DNA of 64,000 nt from Methanomassiliicoccaceae archaeon (lineage in GTDB: Archaea > Thermoplasmatota > Thermoplasmata > Methanomassiliicoccales > Methanomassiliicoccaceae). The notes beneath the pieces are model-generated. The model made no database searches. It was not told the DNA's origin and saw only the letters and a program-made list of their open reading frames with translations. Shown piece by piece: positions 29,395-40,734 of this stretch. Positions within the stretch are counted from its first letter, which is position 1. The number at the start of each line of letters is the position of its first letter. The stretch spans positions 96,001 to 160,000 of the forward strand of contig CAVSJV010000007.1 of NCBI GenBank assembly GCA_963728405.1. Direction: 5' to 3'. The translations under genes and the position numbers were made by a program.

Positions 29395-30634
29395 AGGCCG
29401 CGCGTTCGTAAAGGGGCGCCTGTCGAAATGGTGCATCGGGATCGAGGGCGGTAAGATCGCTGCCCTGGGTAAGAACATCAAGGGAGAGGAGCGGTTCGAT
29501 TACAAGGACTGGCTGATCCTCCCTGCAGCAATTGATCCTCATGTTCATCTCAGGGATCCCGGGCTCACCAGCAAGGAGGATTTCTCCACTGGTACCCTGG
29601 CTGCTGCGTTCGGCGGAGTAGGGTGCGTGCTGGACATGCCAAACACGTTGCCGCCATCGATCGGGCCGAGGGACCTGATGGAGAAGAAAGAGGCCATCGC
29701 CCGGAAGGCCTGGACCGATTACGGACTGTTCGCCGGCTGCGTGCCGGGCGGAAAGCTCGATGCGATGGCCCCGCACGTCGTGGGCTTCAAGTTGTTCATG
29801 GGCTCCTCCACCGGCAAGCTCCTGGTGACCGAGGAGAAGGATATGCTGCGCGTCGGCCAGGCCGCTAAGGCGTCGGGAAAGGTGCTGAGCGTGCACGCCG
29901 AGGACGAGGGCCTGATCGGCAAAGCGTCGGAGCACGACCTTGCTGACCATATGAGGAACCGCCCCTATCAGGCGGAGGTGTCGGCGATCAACAAGCTCGC
30001 GAGGATGGATTGCCGCATCAACGTCTGCCACGTTTCCTCGGCCGCCGGTCTTGATGCCTTGTCCGCTTCCCCGTTCACCAAGGAGGTGGCGGCCCACCAC
30101 ATGTTCCTCGACCGGACGAACGAGAAGGGGGCATTCGCCAAGGTCAACCCGCCGCTGAGGACCAAGGACGACCGGCTGGCGCTATTCCAGGCGTTCATCG
30201 CCGGTAAGATCGATATGCTTGGTTCGGACCACGCCCCGCACACCATCGAGGACAAGACGCAGGAGTTCGATTCCGCGCCATCCGGCATGCCCGGGGTCGA
30301 GACCCAGATACCGATCATGCTCGCCCTGGTGAAGAAAGGAACGCTACCTCTAGATGTGCTCGTTCGAGCGATGGCCGAGAGGCCGGCCGAGGTCTTCGGG
30401 CTGAACAAGGGCAAGATCGAGGAGGGTCGGGACGCCGACCTGATGGTCGTCGACCCGCGGTCCATGGCGGGCATAAAGGTTAATAACCTTCACAGCAAGT
30501 GCGGCTGGTCCCTCTACGAAGGGTACGATGCCATCTTCCCCTATGCCACCCTGATCCGGGGCGTGAAGGTCGTGGAGGATGGGAGCATCGCCGGAGAGAG
30601 GGAAGGACGGGATGTTGTTGTTCAGCGACCTTGA
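29378..30634 (+). CDS. pyrC: Dihydroorotase
   Basis: DPHVHLRDPG, DMPNT, VHAED, KVNPPLR, SDHAPH. Confidence 0.88.
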   Translation: MELVVEGRAFVKGRLSKWCIGIEGGKIAALGKNIKGEERFDYKDWLILPAAIDPHVHLRDPGLTSKEDFSTGTLAAAFGGVGCVLDMPNTLPPSIGPRDLMEKKEAIARKAWTDYGLFAGCVPGGKLDAMAPHVVGFKLFMGSSTGKLLVTEEKDMLRVGQAAKASGKVLSVHAEDEGLIGKASEHDLADHMRNRPYQAEVSAINKLARMDCRINVCHVSSAAGLDALSASPFTKEVAAHHMFLDRTNEKGAFAKVNPPLRTKDDRLALFQAFIAGKIDMLGSDHAPHTIEDKTQEFDSAPSGMPGVETQIPIMLALVKKGTLPLDVLVRAMAERPAEVFGLNKGKIEEGRDADLMVVDPRSMAGIKVNNLHSKCGWSLYEGYDAIFPYATLIRGVKVVEDGSIAGEREGRDVVVQRP

Positions 30635-31739
30635 TGTGGATATGTCGGAGCTGGAGGCTAAGACCTTCACCTGTGACGAGAAATGTGGGCTGTGCTGCCT
30701 CTGCCAGGCCGAGGTCCTGCCCCACGAGGTCGAGTATTTCAAGAAGAACCACCCCACCCGCATCGTGATGAAGAACGAGCCGCACCGCCACGTCGCCCTC
30801 GCCTTGAAAGGGGGGGAGGGGCCGTGCTCGTTCCTTGCTCCCAATCGTCGATGCCAGATCTATAAAGACCGACCGCATTACTGCCGCCAGTTCCCTTTCC
30901 ATATGTACCTGGGCAGCAGGGTCCAGGTCGAGCTGGACCTTTCCTGTAGGGGAGTCTGGATGGGCGGCCAGATGGACGCGCTTCTAGTCGGTGGTCAAAT
31001 GGTCTCCGACAACCTGGAAGTGGTGAAGAGAACGCTCCAATCGTCCCGTTCGGTATACCGGGAGTTCGAGGCTAACTGCGAGGACGCCGGCATCGCCCGC
31101 GCCCCCGAGGCCCTGCGGCGCAACATGGCCCAGAGGATCGCCGATCTCGCTGACCTGCAGTACCTGGCCAAGGTGTTAGACCTCTCGGCCGAAGATGAGG
31201 AGATGGAGCTGCCCGGTCCGGTGGCCCCCGGCGAGTATGACCGCAAGGAGCTGGAGGCGTCCGCCCGGGAGACCGGACTGGAATCCTTGAGCGCCGAGGA
31301 CGTGTTCTCGGCGTCGGTGTATTGCGATCCGGCATACCGGTGGAACATTCTGCTGGCCCACGAAGAGAAGGTCGACTGGACGGTCATGAACGACGACGGC
31401 GGCCTCACTCCCGTCCGTTCGATCGACTCCAAGCAGGTCAAGCTTCTGGAGCCGGAGGGAGAGGGCCGAAACATCTTCCTATCGTACATGAACACCTTGA
31501 ACCGCCGGGACAGCATGCTTGGCTACGTCTACTACCTGGTCGACGAATATGGCTACGAGGACCCGGTCGCCAACACCTACTATGGGGCGATGGCCGCGGC
31601 GGCGCTGGACCTGCTGTGGCGCTCATCCCTGGTCGCCCACATCAGGAACGGGAAGCTGGACCGGCAGGGCATGATCGAAGGCATAATCTCCTATGACATG
31701 GACCGTCTGGACGCACCGACCATCGGGGCGTTCATCTAG
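30612..31739 (+). CDS. YkgJ family cysteine-cluster protein
   Basis: C...CGLCC, CSFL...C.IY..RP..CR.FPF. Confidence 0.8.
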   Translation: MLLFSDLDVDMSELEAKTFTCDEKCGLCCLCQAEVLPHEVEYFKKNHPTRIVMKNEPHRHVALALKGGEGPCSFLAPNRRCQIYKDRPHYCRQFPFHMYLGSRVQVELDLSCRGVWMGGQMDALLVGGQMVSDNLEVVKRTLQSSRSVYREFEANCEDAGIARAPEALRRNMAQRIADLADLQYLAKVLDLSAEDEEMELPGPVAPGEYDRKELEASARETGLESLSAEDVFSASVYCDPAYRWNILLAHEEKVDWTVMNDDGGLTPVRSIDSKQVKLLEPEGEGRNIFLSYMNTLNRRDSMLGYVYYLVDEYGYEDPVANTYYGAMAAAALDLLWRSSLVAHIRNGKLDRQGMIEGIISYDMDRLDAPTIGAFI

Positions 31740-31798
31740 CCCCAGACTAGTAAGCTTAAAATAGTCCTCGGTTTATGGGGCAGATTGGTGGCTGTAAA

Positions 31799-32014
31799 AT
31801 GCAGAAACCTCTGACCGTTCTAAACCAGGCGATTAACCGTCCCGTTATCGTCGAGCTGAAGGCTAATAGGGAATACCGGGGTATCCTGGACGGATATGAC
31901 CCGCATATGAACTTGGTCCTCAAGAACGCGGAAGAACTCATCAACAACGAAGTTGTGAGAAAGCTCGATGTAACCGTCGTGCGCGGGGACAACGTAATTT
32001 ACATTTCACCGTAA
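31799..32014 (+). CDS. Sm-like (SmAP/LSm) protein
   Basis: [27 protein letters not shown]. Confidence 0.93.
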   Translation: MQKPLTVLNQAINRPVIVELKANREYRGILDGYDPHMNLVLKNAEELINNEVVRKLDVTVVRGDNVIYISP

Positions 32015-32027
32015 AGGAGCTGAGGAA

Positions 32028-32195
32028 ATGAGCAAGGGCACTCCATCAATGGGTAAGAGGTCAAGTGGCAAGTCACACGTTCCCTGCCGCCGCTGCGGGA
32101 GGAGCGCATATAATATGCAAAAGAGCGTATGCGCTTCGTGCGGGTACGGCAAGTCTCCGAGGCTGAGATCCTATTCCTGGGCAAAGCAGAAGTAA
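32028..32195 (+). CDS. rpl37e: 50S ribosomal protein L37e (55 aa, not in ORF track)
   Basis: Hand translation MSKGTPSMGKRSSGKSHVPCRRCGRSAYNMQKSVCASCGYGKSPRLRSYSWAKQK*; conserved Sm-L37e linkage. Confidence 0.95.
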   Translation: MSKGTPSMGKRSSGKSHVPCRRCGRSAYNMQKSVCASCGYGKSPRLRSYSWAKQK

Positions 32196-32199
32196 AAAC

Positions 32200-33603
32200 A
32201 TGGACGACAAACCCAAGCATTATTGCGGGGTTGTCGCAATGGCGTTGGACACCAACGCCGCTCCAGACCTAAAACGTGCTTTAAGAATTATACAACACCG
32301 GGGCCAGGAGGCCGCCGGGGTCGTTGTTTTTGACAATAATCGTACTTCCTATGTCCGTGGCTCCGGCCTTGTGCATGAGGTCCTGCAGGGCCGGGAGTTC
32401 GATGCGCTGAAGGGCAACACCGGCCTGGGTCATGTAAGATATGCCACCACTGGCTCGTCCTGCGCGGAGAACGCTCAACCGATCGTCGTTACCTCCATGG
32501 CCGGTGACGTCGCTCTGGGCCATAATGGTGACATCGTCAACTCCGAGAAGCTTCGCACTAAGCTGCAGGGCGACGGGTGGGCTTTCCTTACTACCACCGA
32601 CTCGGAGATCATCGTTCGCATTCTTGCCAACGAGCTCAAGCAGAGTTCCGACGTCATCAAGGCGATCCGTTCGACCATGAAGTTCCTCGACGGGGCCTAT
32701 TCCTTGGTCATCATGGTTGGCGGCCGGGTGTATGGGGTCAGGGACCCCCTGGGCTTTCGCCCGTTGTGCGTCGGGAAGCTCCCTCATGGTTACTGTATCG
32801 CTTCAGAATCATCGGTGCTGAACATCCTGCAGGGTGAGTTCATCAGGGATGTGCTCCCCGGGGAGGTCATCGAGATCACCAAGGAGGGGTTCACATCCTC
32901 CAAGATCTCCGGCCCCACCCATCGCGCTCACTGCATGTTCGAATGGGTGTACTTCGCCCGGCCAGACTCGGTCATCGACGGCCGGGAGGTCTACGACGTC
33001 CGCAAGAAGCTGGGGATGATCTTGGCCAAGGAACAGCCGGCCAACGCCGATGTGGTGATCCCGGTGCCGGACTCCGGTCGCGCTCACGCCCTCGGCTACG
33101 CCATGGGCTCAGGCATCCCGTACGACGAGGGTCTGATGAAGAACCGTTATGTCGAGCGCACCTTCATCATGCCCGAGCAGAACCAGCGGGAGGAAGGCGT
33201 AAGCCTTAAGCTCAACCCCATCAAGTCGACCATCTACGGCAAGAACGTCGTTGTGGTGGACGATTCCATCGTTCGCGGTACTACGTTGCGCAAGATCGTG
33301 CAGATGCTCCGGAGGAGCGGAGCCAAAGAGGTTCATGTCCGCATCGGCTGTCCGCCGGTCCGCGCCCCCTGCTACTACGGCATTGACATGAAGACCAGGG
33401 AGCAGTTCATTGCCACCGGGAAGACGGTGCAGCAGATCAGCGACTACCTCACCGCTGACAGCCTGGGTTACACCTCGCTCAAGGGCTTGGAAGAGGCCAT
33501 GGGCATTCCGGAGCACGACCTGTGCATGGCCTGCCTCAACGGCGAGTATCCGACCAACGTTCCGGGTGAGAGGATGCGCTTCCAGAGGCGCCTAGAGGTC
33601 TAG
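32200..33603 (+). CDS. purF: Amidophosphoribosyltransferase
   Basis: N-terminal CG, QHRGQE, GHVRYAT, VVDDSIVRGTT, PCYYGID. Confidence 0.96.
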   Translation: MDDKPKHYCGVVAMALDTNAAPDLKRALRIIQHRGQEAAGVVVFDNNRTSYVRGSGLVHEVLQGREFDALKGNTGLGHVRYATTGSSCAENAQPIVVTSMAGDVALGHNGDIVNSEKLRTKLQGDGWAFLTTTDSEIIVRILANELKQSSDVIKAIRSTMKFLDGAYSLVIMVGGRVYGVRDPLGFRPLCVGKLPHGYCIASESSVLNILQGEFIRDVLPGEVIEITKEGFTSSKISGPTHRAHCMFEWVYFARPDSVIDGREVYDVRKKLGMILAKEQPANADVVIPVPDSGRAHALGYAMGSGIPYDEGLMKNRYVERTFIMPEQNQREEGVSLKLNPIKSTIYGKNVVVVDDSIVRGTTLRKIVQMLRRSGAKEVHVRIGCPPVRAPCYYGIDMKTREQFIATGKTVQQISDYLTADSLGYTSLKGLEEAMGIPEHDLCMACLNGEYPTNVPGERMRFQRRLEV

Positions 33604-34314
33604 TTTTCTCGAAGCTTTCTTCCCATGGGGACAGGCATACAGGCAAAGGCCGCACACCGGCACCTTTCCACTCGATTCCATCTCCTTGAAATGCAGTTCG
33701 CACGTGCGAGCATCATAACGCGTCTCCCTCGGTTCCGTCGCGACGAAGTTCCTACCGGTGAACGCTTTCTGTGGGCAGATGTCCACACACTCATGACATT
33801 CGCCGCACCGTTGTTCCATGGGCGTCCCGACTGGCAGAGGGGCGTTGGTCAGCACGGTGGTCCACCGCACCCTGGGACCCGCCTCCGGAGTGATCAACAG
33901 GCAGCTCTTGCCAATCCACCCGAGTCCGGCCAGATGCGCGGCCAGTTTGTGCGAGAAGGCGGCACAGACGCGCTCATCATCGACCCTATCTGACGCAGGC
34001 ACCGGGAAGGCCTTGAACCCGGCCCTCTGAATCTCGGAGGCTATCCTTGAGGCGATCGCATCGAGTCTCTGGTTCACGAGGGCATAGGCATGGGTGCGGT
34101 ACTCTACTGCCACAGACCGGATCTCCCGGTTGGGCAGGCGGTCCACGATGGGATGTAGCAGCGCCACGCCGATCGAGATGGCCCTTGGATACTCACCTAG
34201 TTCCTCGCCTCCTTGCCGGATGACCTCGTCCCTGGCCAGCGTCAGGTCGGCGACCCCGTACAGGTCCCCGCCGAGCCGGCGGACCAGCCTCGGAAGCTTC
34301 TCATGTAGTTCCAT
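33592..34314 (-). CDS. Epoxyqueuosine reductase-like 4Fe-4S protein
   Basis: FSHKLAAHLAGLGWIGKS.LLITP..GPRVR; CGECHECVDICP; CGLCLYACP. Confidence 0.8.
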   Translation of the reverse strand: MELHEKLPRLVRRLGGDLYGVADLTLARDEVIRQGGEELGEYPRAISIGVALLHPIVDRLPNREIRSVAVEYRTHAYALVNQRLDAIASRIASEIQRAGFKAFPVPASDRVDDERVCAAFSHKLAAHLAGLGWIGKSCLLITPEAGPRVRWTTVLTNAPLPVGTPMEQRCGECHECVDICPQKAFTGRNFVATEPRETRYDARTCELHFKEMESSGKVPVCGLCLYACPHGKKASRKLDL

Positions 34315-34425
34315 GCATTAGCATCGTCCGACCCATAGATAATGTTCTCGAAATCTGGGATGTTGTTCTCGACCCTGTTGCGATGACAAACTTTAATTAC
34401 ATTGATTTCTTTGCCAGATTACATC

Positions 34426-34498
34426 GGGCAGGTAGATCAGCTGGAAGATCGCTACCTTGGCATGGTAGAGGCCGGGGGTTCAAATCCCCCCCTGTCCA
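34426..34498 (+). tRNA. tRNA-Ala(GGC), integration target
   Basis: GGGCAGG...CTACC-TT-GGC-AT-GGTAG...GGGGGTTCAAATCCCCC-CCTGTCCA cloverleaf. Confidence 0.95.
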
Positions 34499-35470
34499 CT
34501 CTCACTCTGGCTAACTTCATTTTGTACCATTTGCGGTACAATTAAGGTTTTTTGATACTGGCTGTATTGCACCATCGCTTCGTCCATGTCCTCAAAATCG
34601 AGGCCGAGGTACCTTATTGTCGTCCTCGTATCGGCATGGCCGAATATCTTTGCTATCTTCTCTAATCTGACCCCGGAGCGATACATCATCCGGCCGCAGG
34701 TCCGTCTCAGGTCGTGGTTTGTGAAGTGACATGTCCACCCGCTGCCCGAGATGGTAGAGCGTTTTATCAATCCCCGATTTGGAATAGGTCAGCAGCTCGC
34801 CTCCCCGCTCGTATATGAGCAGATTTTCAGGGACCTTCACCTTGGAATTCTTGGCCCTGGCCTTGGCAATCTCGCCGTTCCTGTAATCCCTAAGCTCCTT
34901 CCCAGTATGGCGAGTCTCGGGGTGCCAGGATATCTGTCGGTGTTTGCCCCCGTTGCGTCCCTTGCCATGTATGTGGATCTTGTTGGCCCGGTTCCGGCCT
35001 GACTGAAATGACGAAGTGGTGAGCCGTGATTAGCTCGATCCGCCTCATCGCCCAGGTCCAGCTCGAAATGGACGATGAACCGTTCCAGGCCTCGGGCCTC
35101 AGACCTGACCATCGCCGCGTCCTTGTCGCTCAGCCACCTTACTCTGGTCGGAGAGGTGTCGCCGAACGATAATCTCCACCTCTTCGCTTCAGGATGACCG
35201 GCCCAGCGCAAGAAGATGAGCATCCGGCCGATCTCATTCTCTTTGTATCGATTGGTGCCGGTGATGAACTCATCCCTCAACCACTCCAGGTCCTCCCGGC
35301 GAATCTTCCGCGGGTTCACCGGCCTCCTTGAAATCGTTGCAGCAGCTTGGAATAGACCGGTGCAAGGTCCATTCATACTGATGTATCGTCAGTTCGCTCT
35401 GTTGCATCTCCCGTTTCTCCCGAATGAACGCGTTTAGCTCCTGCTCGAGAGCGTACATCGGTCTTACCAA
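34480..35470 (-). CDS. Tyrosine recombinase/integrase (several frameshifts)
   Basis: NHDLRRT (HxxR), IFGHADTRTTIRYLG (H...Y) motifs; ends ...SESGQGGI* inside the tRNA T-arm; pieces in ORFs 35270-35470, 34837-35376, 34592-34840, 34480-34770. Confidence 0.88.
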
Positions 35471-35767
35471 CGCAAGCCCTCCATCGAGATAAGGGTATTT
35501 CAGAGCTTATCAAAGATGCCGCCCGTCCCTCGCCGCGTGTTAACTTCTTAACTTTCTCTGCATCTGGCTCATAGGAAAAAAAGTGCAAGGTTAAATCATA
35601 GGTTAATCCTTGGGAAAGGGTGGCCGATGCCATCTAGTCGGCCTCCCCGAACTAAGGGGTACCTCTTCCGGTTGGTTTCGTAGGTAGCGAGGTTATGCTT
35701 CGACTGGGTGTCGATGAATCGGTTTGTTACCGGTTCTTCGTTTTGTCCCATAACCAAGGGTACTGAT

Positions 35768-36901
35768 TCAGTGCTTGTAACCCTCCTGGTGGCAAGCTGC
35801 TCGTTGCGCTTCCGCGAGTTCCCCGTCCCCCTCCATCTCGCACCCGACCCTATCCCTGATTGCGAGGACGGAGATGAGCTGCCTCTTCGGACAGTTCTCC
35901 CATTCTTCTTCGATACTATGCTGGACGCGGGCGAGGAAAGTCAGCATCGTCCTCATCGCGGGCCTCGGCGCTGCTCTTCTTGATGGTCTCTATCAGCTAC
36001 GTCCTCCTGACCGCTCAGGACGGCTGGTAAAAGCAACGACAGCGCGATATCGCGGGGCCGTCGTTCCAATCCCAGGGTTTCGGGTGTCTGCTCGCTCCCG
36101 GACCATCCTGAGAGCCTCATCGAGGAAGCTCGCATCGGTCAGCAGCTTGAGCCGCAGGCAGGCCCACCATTCGCGCCCTAAGCTCCCGATGCTCTGGGCT
36201 GTCGCTCTCCGGCACGATGGCCTTGGGATGCTCGTTCCTGCGCATCGTGAACAGGATTCCTCGGTTCTTGACGTCCTTGGCAGGGTGCGAGCCTTTGAGG
36301 GACAGGGCGGTGAAGCCTCTGGTCTGGTAGTCGCACACCTGGTGACTCTTTCGGTTGCACACCGATAGACTGAAGTACCGTCAAAGGCTCCCTTGACGAT
36401 GTTCATGATTGCTCTTTGTGACTCTTTGTCCAAGTCCTGAAGCTCGTCCAGGGCAAAGGACGGCTCCCAATGGGCTGCGCACCGAAACATGACCGCCGGG
36501 GTGGGTGATCATCATCTTGGTGCCGCGATAGGCGAGACGGGAGCACCTGGTCCAGGACCTGCCCCTTGCCCGATTCGGTGGGGCCGAAGATTAGCAATAC
36601 GGGCGAGCGGTCGATGAACGGGACGAGGTGGCTACCCATCAACCAGGTCGCGAACACCGAGGGCCACGCGCTGTCGGGGAACTCGATATACTGGTCGCTG
36701 CACCGCTGAAGGTCGATGTGCAATCTTCGGAATATCCCTCAGCAGATCCTTAGGTAATATTGGTTTCCGCTGGGTATCTCCAGGGCTGGCGAGAAGAGGA
36801 AAAGTACCTGCTCTCCAGCCAGTCGCCAACCTCCGATAGTTTTGGCGTCCCTCTTCAGGTCTGCTATCGTCCAGTAATTCACATTTGCCATTCCATATCA
36901 A
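35768..36901 (-). CDS. Mobile-element replication-type P-loop ATPase (primase/helicase-associated), fragmented
   Basis: PVLLIFGPTESGKG Walker A, ALDELQD Walker B, PFTALS-type motif in adjacent frames. Boundaries approximate. Confidence 0.55.
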
Positions 36902-37059
36902 CGCGACCGCCGGGTTGCCGTCATCGTCAAGATACGGCTCGGCCTAGGTCCAAGGCGAAACCCCCGTCTATCCTTAGGTGCCCTGGTCCTGGGAAGTACC
37001 TCCTCCCTCTCTTGTCACTGAGGTATTCAGGGGAGGAGGAGCTGTCGCTAATTCTATAC

Positions 37060-37573
37060 CATTTTGACACCCTTTCACCACCCTTCAGTTCAGGTTCTTC
37101 TTCCAACTCCCTGACTACTTGGTCGATATCCTTCTCGGGGCGGTTCTATCACCAATCCAGGGGATGCTATTCTTCCTCCACTTTTGCCTCGCGTTTGATT
37201 ACTTCATCGGCGGGTATCTTGGGCCGTGGAATGCAGGGAATTTTTCGGGAAGTTCGATAAGCTTGATAATCTCAAGGGCCACTCTCCCACGCTGAGGGTT
37301 CTCGGAATCGTTCACCACCGCCTCCAGAGCGGCAACGGCCTGGGGGACAAGGCTCCTCAGCCGGTCCAGTCCGTGGTCCCATAGCTCCTGGCGTAGTCGG
37401 TTGCAGCTCGGCCTGGAATGCCGGATGATATAAGCGCCATTTGGTCACGGTCTCTCCTGCATACTCCGGTCCTTTAAGCCACCTCGCAGTCAGAGAGGCC
37501 TGTTACCAGCAGGGTGATGGCATTCTGCTGCTCGACGGTCAATGTCCTCAGGCGTGAGATTATGCGTGGTCAT
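37060..37573 (-). CDS. HTH DNA-binding protein (fragmented)
   Basis: Hand translation LTVEQQNAITLLVTGLSDCEVA...GVCRETVTKW...FQAEL..LRQELWD across indels. Boundaries approximate. Confidence 0.45.
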
Positions 37574-37579
37574 TTGTAA

Positions 37580-37768
37580 TCATAGCTCCCACCTCCTCCG
37601 GTCGGTACCCCTTGCGCAGTTCGGGATAATCAGATCTCCACTATAAGCAGCCACTCGGGATTGCTCATTGCCCGAGGCCAGCGCACCAGAGATAAGTTGT
37701 TCGATGTACTTGGTTCGAGGGACCAGTCCCCTCCTTGCATCGATTACCTTAAGGAGGCTATCGGGCAA
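37580..37768 (-). CDS. Ribbon-helix-helix (CopG-like) small regulator
   Basis: LPDSLLKVIDARRGLVPRTKYIEQLI pattern. Confidence 0.5.
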   Translation of the reverse strand: MPDSLLKVIDARRGLVPRTKYIEQLISGALASGNEQSRVAAYSGDLIIPNCARGTDRRRWEL

Positions 37769-37910
37769 GGAACAGCCGAAGGTCTGTTCTTACGGGACAT
37801 TATGCTGACTAATCCGATATGCCTATATCTCAGGTAATGCATGTTATTGTGCATGCAAGTGTCGCCATGAGTAATCACCCAGATTCGCCAACGGTTCCTG
37901 GAAGGAGTAT

Positions 37911-38454
37911 ATGATGAGCGAGGCATATTTGAGAATGAAAAGCGGACGGCAACAGTATTGCTCCACTGCCGTACTAGAATACCTTCTTGATTGTGAGGGC
38001 GGGAAGGTTCGTAGAAATGAACTGCGAAACCAATTTTATTGTTGGTATACGGAAACGTGGAATAAACCTCCCCGATATGTCAATACTATGGGAGTCACCA
38101 TATCTTCCGCTGACCGACCGGGAGCTTCAGCGGATAATGGATCGTCTTATCGAATACGGCTTCGTGACAACATCGACGAAGCTGCCCGCCTTTGAAAAGG
38201 ACCAAGGGGCGGAGAGAAAAATGACCGCCACTATGCAATCTGCGTCAAGCGCATGGTTTCGAAGGGCGATGGAAAAAAGCCCCAGTATCATGCCATATTT
38301 CACAGACCGATTTCAAATGCTGGAGCTAGTAAAGAAGGAATTGCTTGGGATTGACATCCAGGAGATGACCAAGGAGGAGCTGGAAGAGAAATTGGATTAC
38401 ATTCGGCTCTTCCTATTCATATCTGCAAAGTATAGGGTCTCCAAATGGGATTGA
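37911..38454 (+). CDS. Hypothetical winged-helix-like protein (frameshifted)
   Basis: ORFs 37911-38195 and 37987-38454 join; AVLEYLLD...RRNEL...LQRIMDRLIEYGFV. Confidence 0.45.
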
Positions 38455-38610
38455 TGATTTGCTGAAAAGAACAAAAAGCTTAGCCTAGGATAATAAACTC
38501 GTTCTTCTCCCACTTGTATCAATAATAATCACTCACGAGGCCCGCCAAGTATGTCACTTTCAATATGCCAAGCGATAGTTTCTAAACTCGACTTGCATTT
38601 ACAGTCCCCC

Positions 38611-39715
38611 GTGGAGTAAGATAGTCTGGGGTAACAAGACGACCCAAAGTCAAAGCAATAGTTGAAAAAATATTACACCCTCCTCTCTCAAAGGACTGCG
38701 TCGTTAGATCGCTTTATTCTCTGGTACAGGTTCCATTTCTTCAAAAGTTAAGGAAAGGGGGTACAAGGTTCACGCTAATGACTATTTAAAACAGTGTGAA
38801 ATCAGAGCCAAGGTGATACTGCTCATCTCCGAGTCTCCTCCCTTCGAAGGCTTGGATTACCTAAAACCAAGCGGGAAGATGCAAAGGACATTCGAAGAAT
38901 CTAATTATATAAAGGCGATTGAATACCTTAACAGGCTCAAAGGAATTAAGGATTTTTTCTATTATGAATACTCTTCAGAAGGCAGTAAATCACAAGGACA
39001 GTGGGAGAGAAAATACTTCTCTGAATCGAACGCAATGAAGATGAAATATCATACGAAAACAAATTTACGATTGGAGACATGTAGTACGACATAATCACCG
39101 AAAATGAGCATGACATCTCCTTCTGGTCATGTTGATAGAGGCGGCTAATCAGGTCGCTAACATTTCCGGTACATATGGATGCTTTCTAAAAGAATTAGAT
39201 ACGAACGCCATAAATCAGATAAAGTTGTCCCGCTTCACCTTTGTGTAGAGATCGGATCTGACCATATTGTTACTAACGATAATGTCCCTCATAGCGGCTA
39301 AAAATGACCGTTCGGATGTTGTTTATCTCGATCCACCATATACTAAGAGGCAGTACGCAACATACTATCACATTCCTGAAACAATCGCCCTAGAGGATAA
39401 ACCGGAACTCATAGGGAAAACTGGAATTCGTGAGTGGAAGGCAAAGTCCTCAGACTATTGCTATAAACGAAAAGCGATTAAGGCACTGAAGGAACTCACC
39501 AGCGCTTTATGAACCAGGAAGATTTTCCTACATTTCATAGAAGCAATGGCCATATGGAAAAGGACGATATCCTCGATTTGCTAAGTGAATTCGGGCCACG
39601 TAACAGTCCATGATTACTCCTATAGACGATTCAATAGTGGGAGCATAGGGAGTGAAACCTCAACGAAAAATGGAAAGCCTTTGACAGAGTTCCTCTTTTC
39701 CGTAGGGGATACTAA
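38611..39715 (+). CDS. DNA N6-adenine methyltransferase (D12/FokI-like), fragmented
   Basis: GNKT, FSGTGSIS motif I, HANDY, DVVYLDPPY..RQY..YYH..ETI motif IV. Confidence 0.75.
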
Positions 39716-39717
39716 AA

Positions 39718-40629
39718 ATGGACAAAGTATTGTGGAGAAAACTAACTAAGAACGACATGAACATGCTGATTAATGGCTTGGCCGCTCCTGCTGGTGGAGG
39801 AGGAGGGGCTAAGCACAGTCGCAATAGGTGTTGCTTCGGCGAATTTTCCCATCCACGAGTTCCTTTGGCGTAACCACTTGCGCTGACACCACAATAGATA
39901 CTCAGCCAGTCCCTGGGCTGGTGGGACCAAACCAAATTATCTTTACTTGCAACCCATCTAGGAGGAATGGGGAGTGGATTATATCTCAGCAACACCTGAG
40001 ATAGATACCCCTTTTGGACTGAAAAACATGGATTCCCGGCAGATTTCCCAGATGAAAATTCTCCAAATCGACCAGTGATTTTTATATTTACGGATTTTCT
40101 GGGGAATATCATGTACAGTTTTTGCACGGCCTCTCAGCTGAGTTCGTTGTTGCCCAGAAGTTCAGCTCTGATACTATCCTCAAATAAAAATTCCGGAATC
40201 CTAGATTACGATCGCTGAAATGGCAGCGATTACTAGGGGCCAATGTGCCAATAATCGACAGAAGATATAGCCCAGTAGATACGCCGGATGGGGCCATTGA
40301 GGTACCTGGAACTGTCCCAGGTCCGGCCCCAATGGTGAGCTGTGACACAAGACTAGGGAGAGTACGGGAAACCAAAAAATGCAAAGAAGTGAAGGAGGCC
40401 AACGGGCATAAGTGTGCATTTTGTGGTACCAGTACTCGCCCGCCCACATGCGGTTCCATATTCCGAAGGATGCCATATTTGGCCGTTAAAGGAGCTTGGC
40501 CCGGATGTAAAGGAAAACATCATCGTCCTATGCCCAAACCACCATGTTGAATTCGACTATGGTTCAGTTTCAATAGATCCTGTATCGATGAGGATACAGC
40601 ACATCGACCCTAGCAATCCTGTTAAATAA
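39718..40629 (+). CDS. HNH endonuclease (restriction-type), fragmented
   Basis: CAFCG...EGCHIWPL...NIIVLCPNHHVEFD. Confidence 0.7.
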
Positions 40630-40734
40630 TAAGGTAGTACAAAACGAGCCATCAAATTGATAAAAAAATTGCATCGATTTACCACTACCAAAAATGGAAG
40701 AAAGGTAGCCTTATGGCAATATGACCTCCAACTC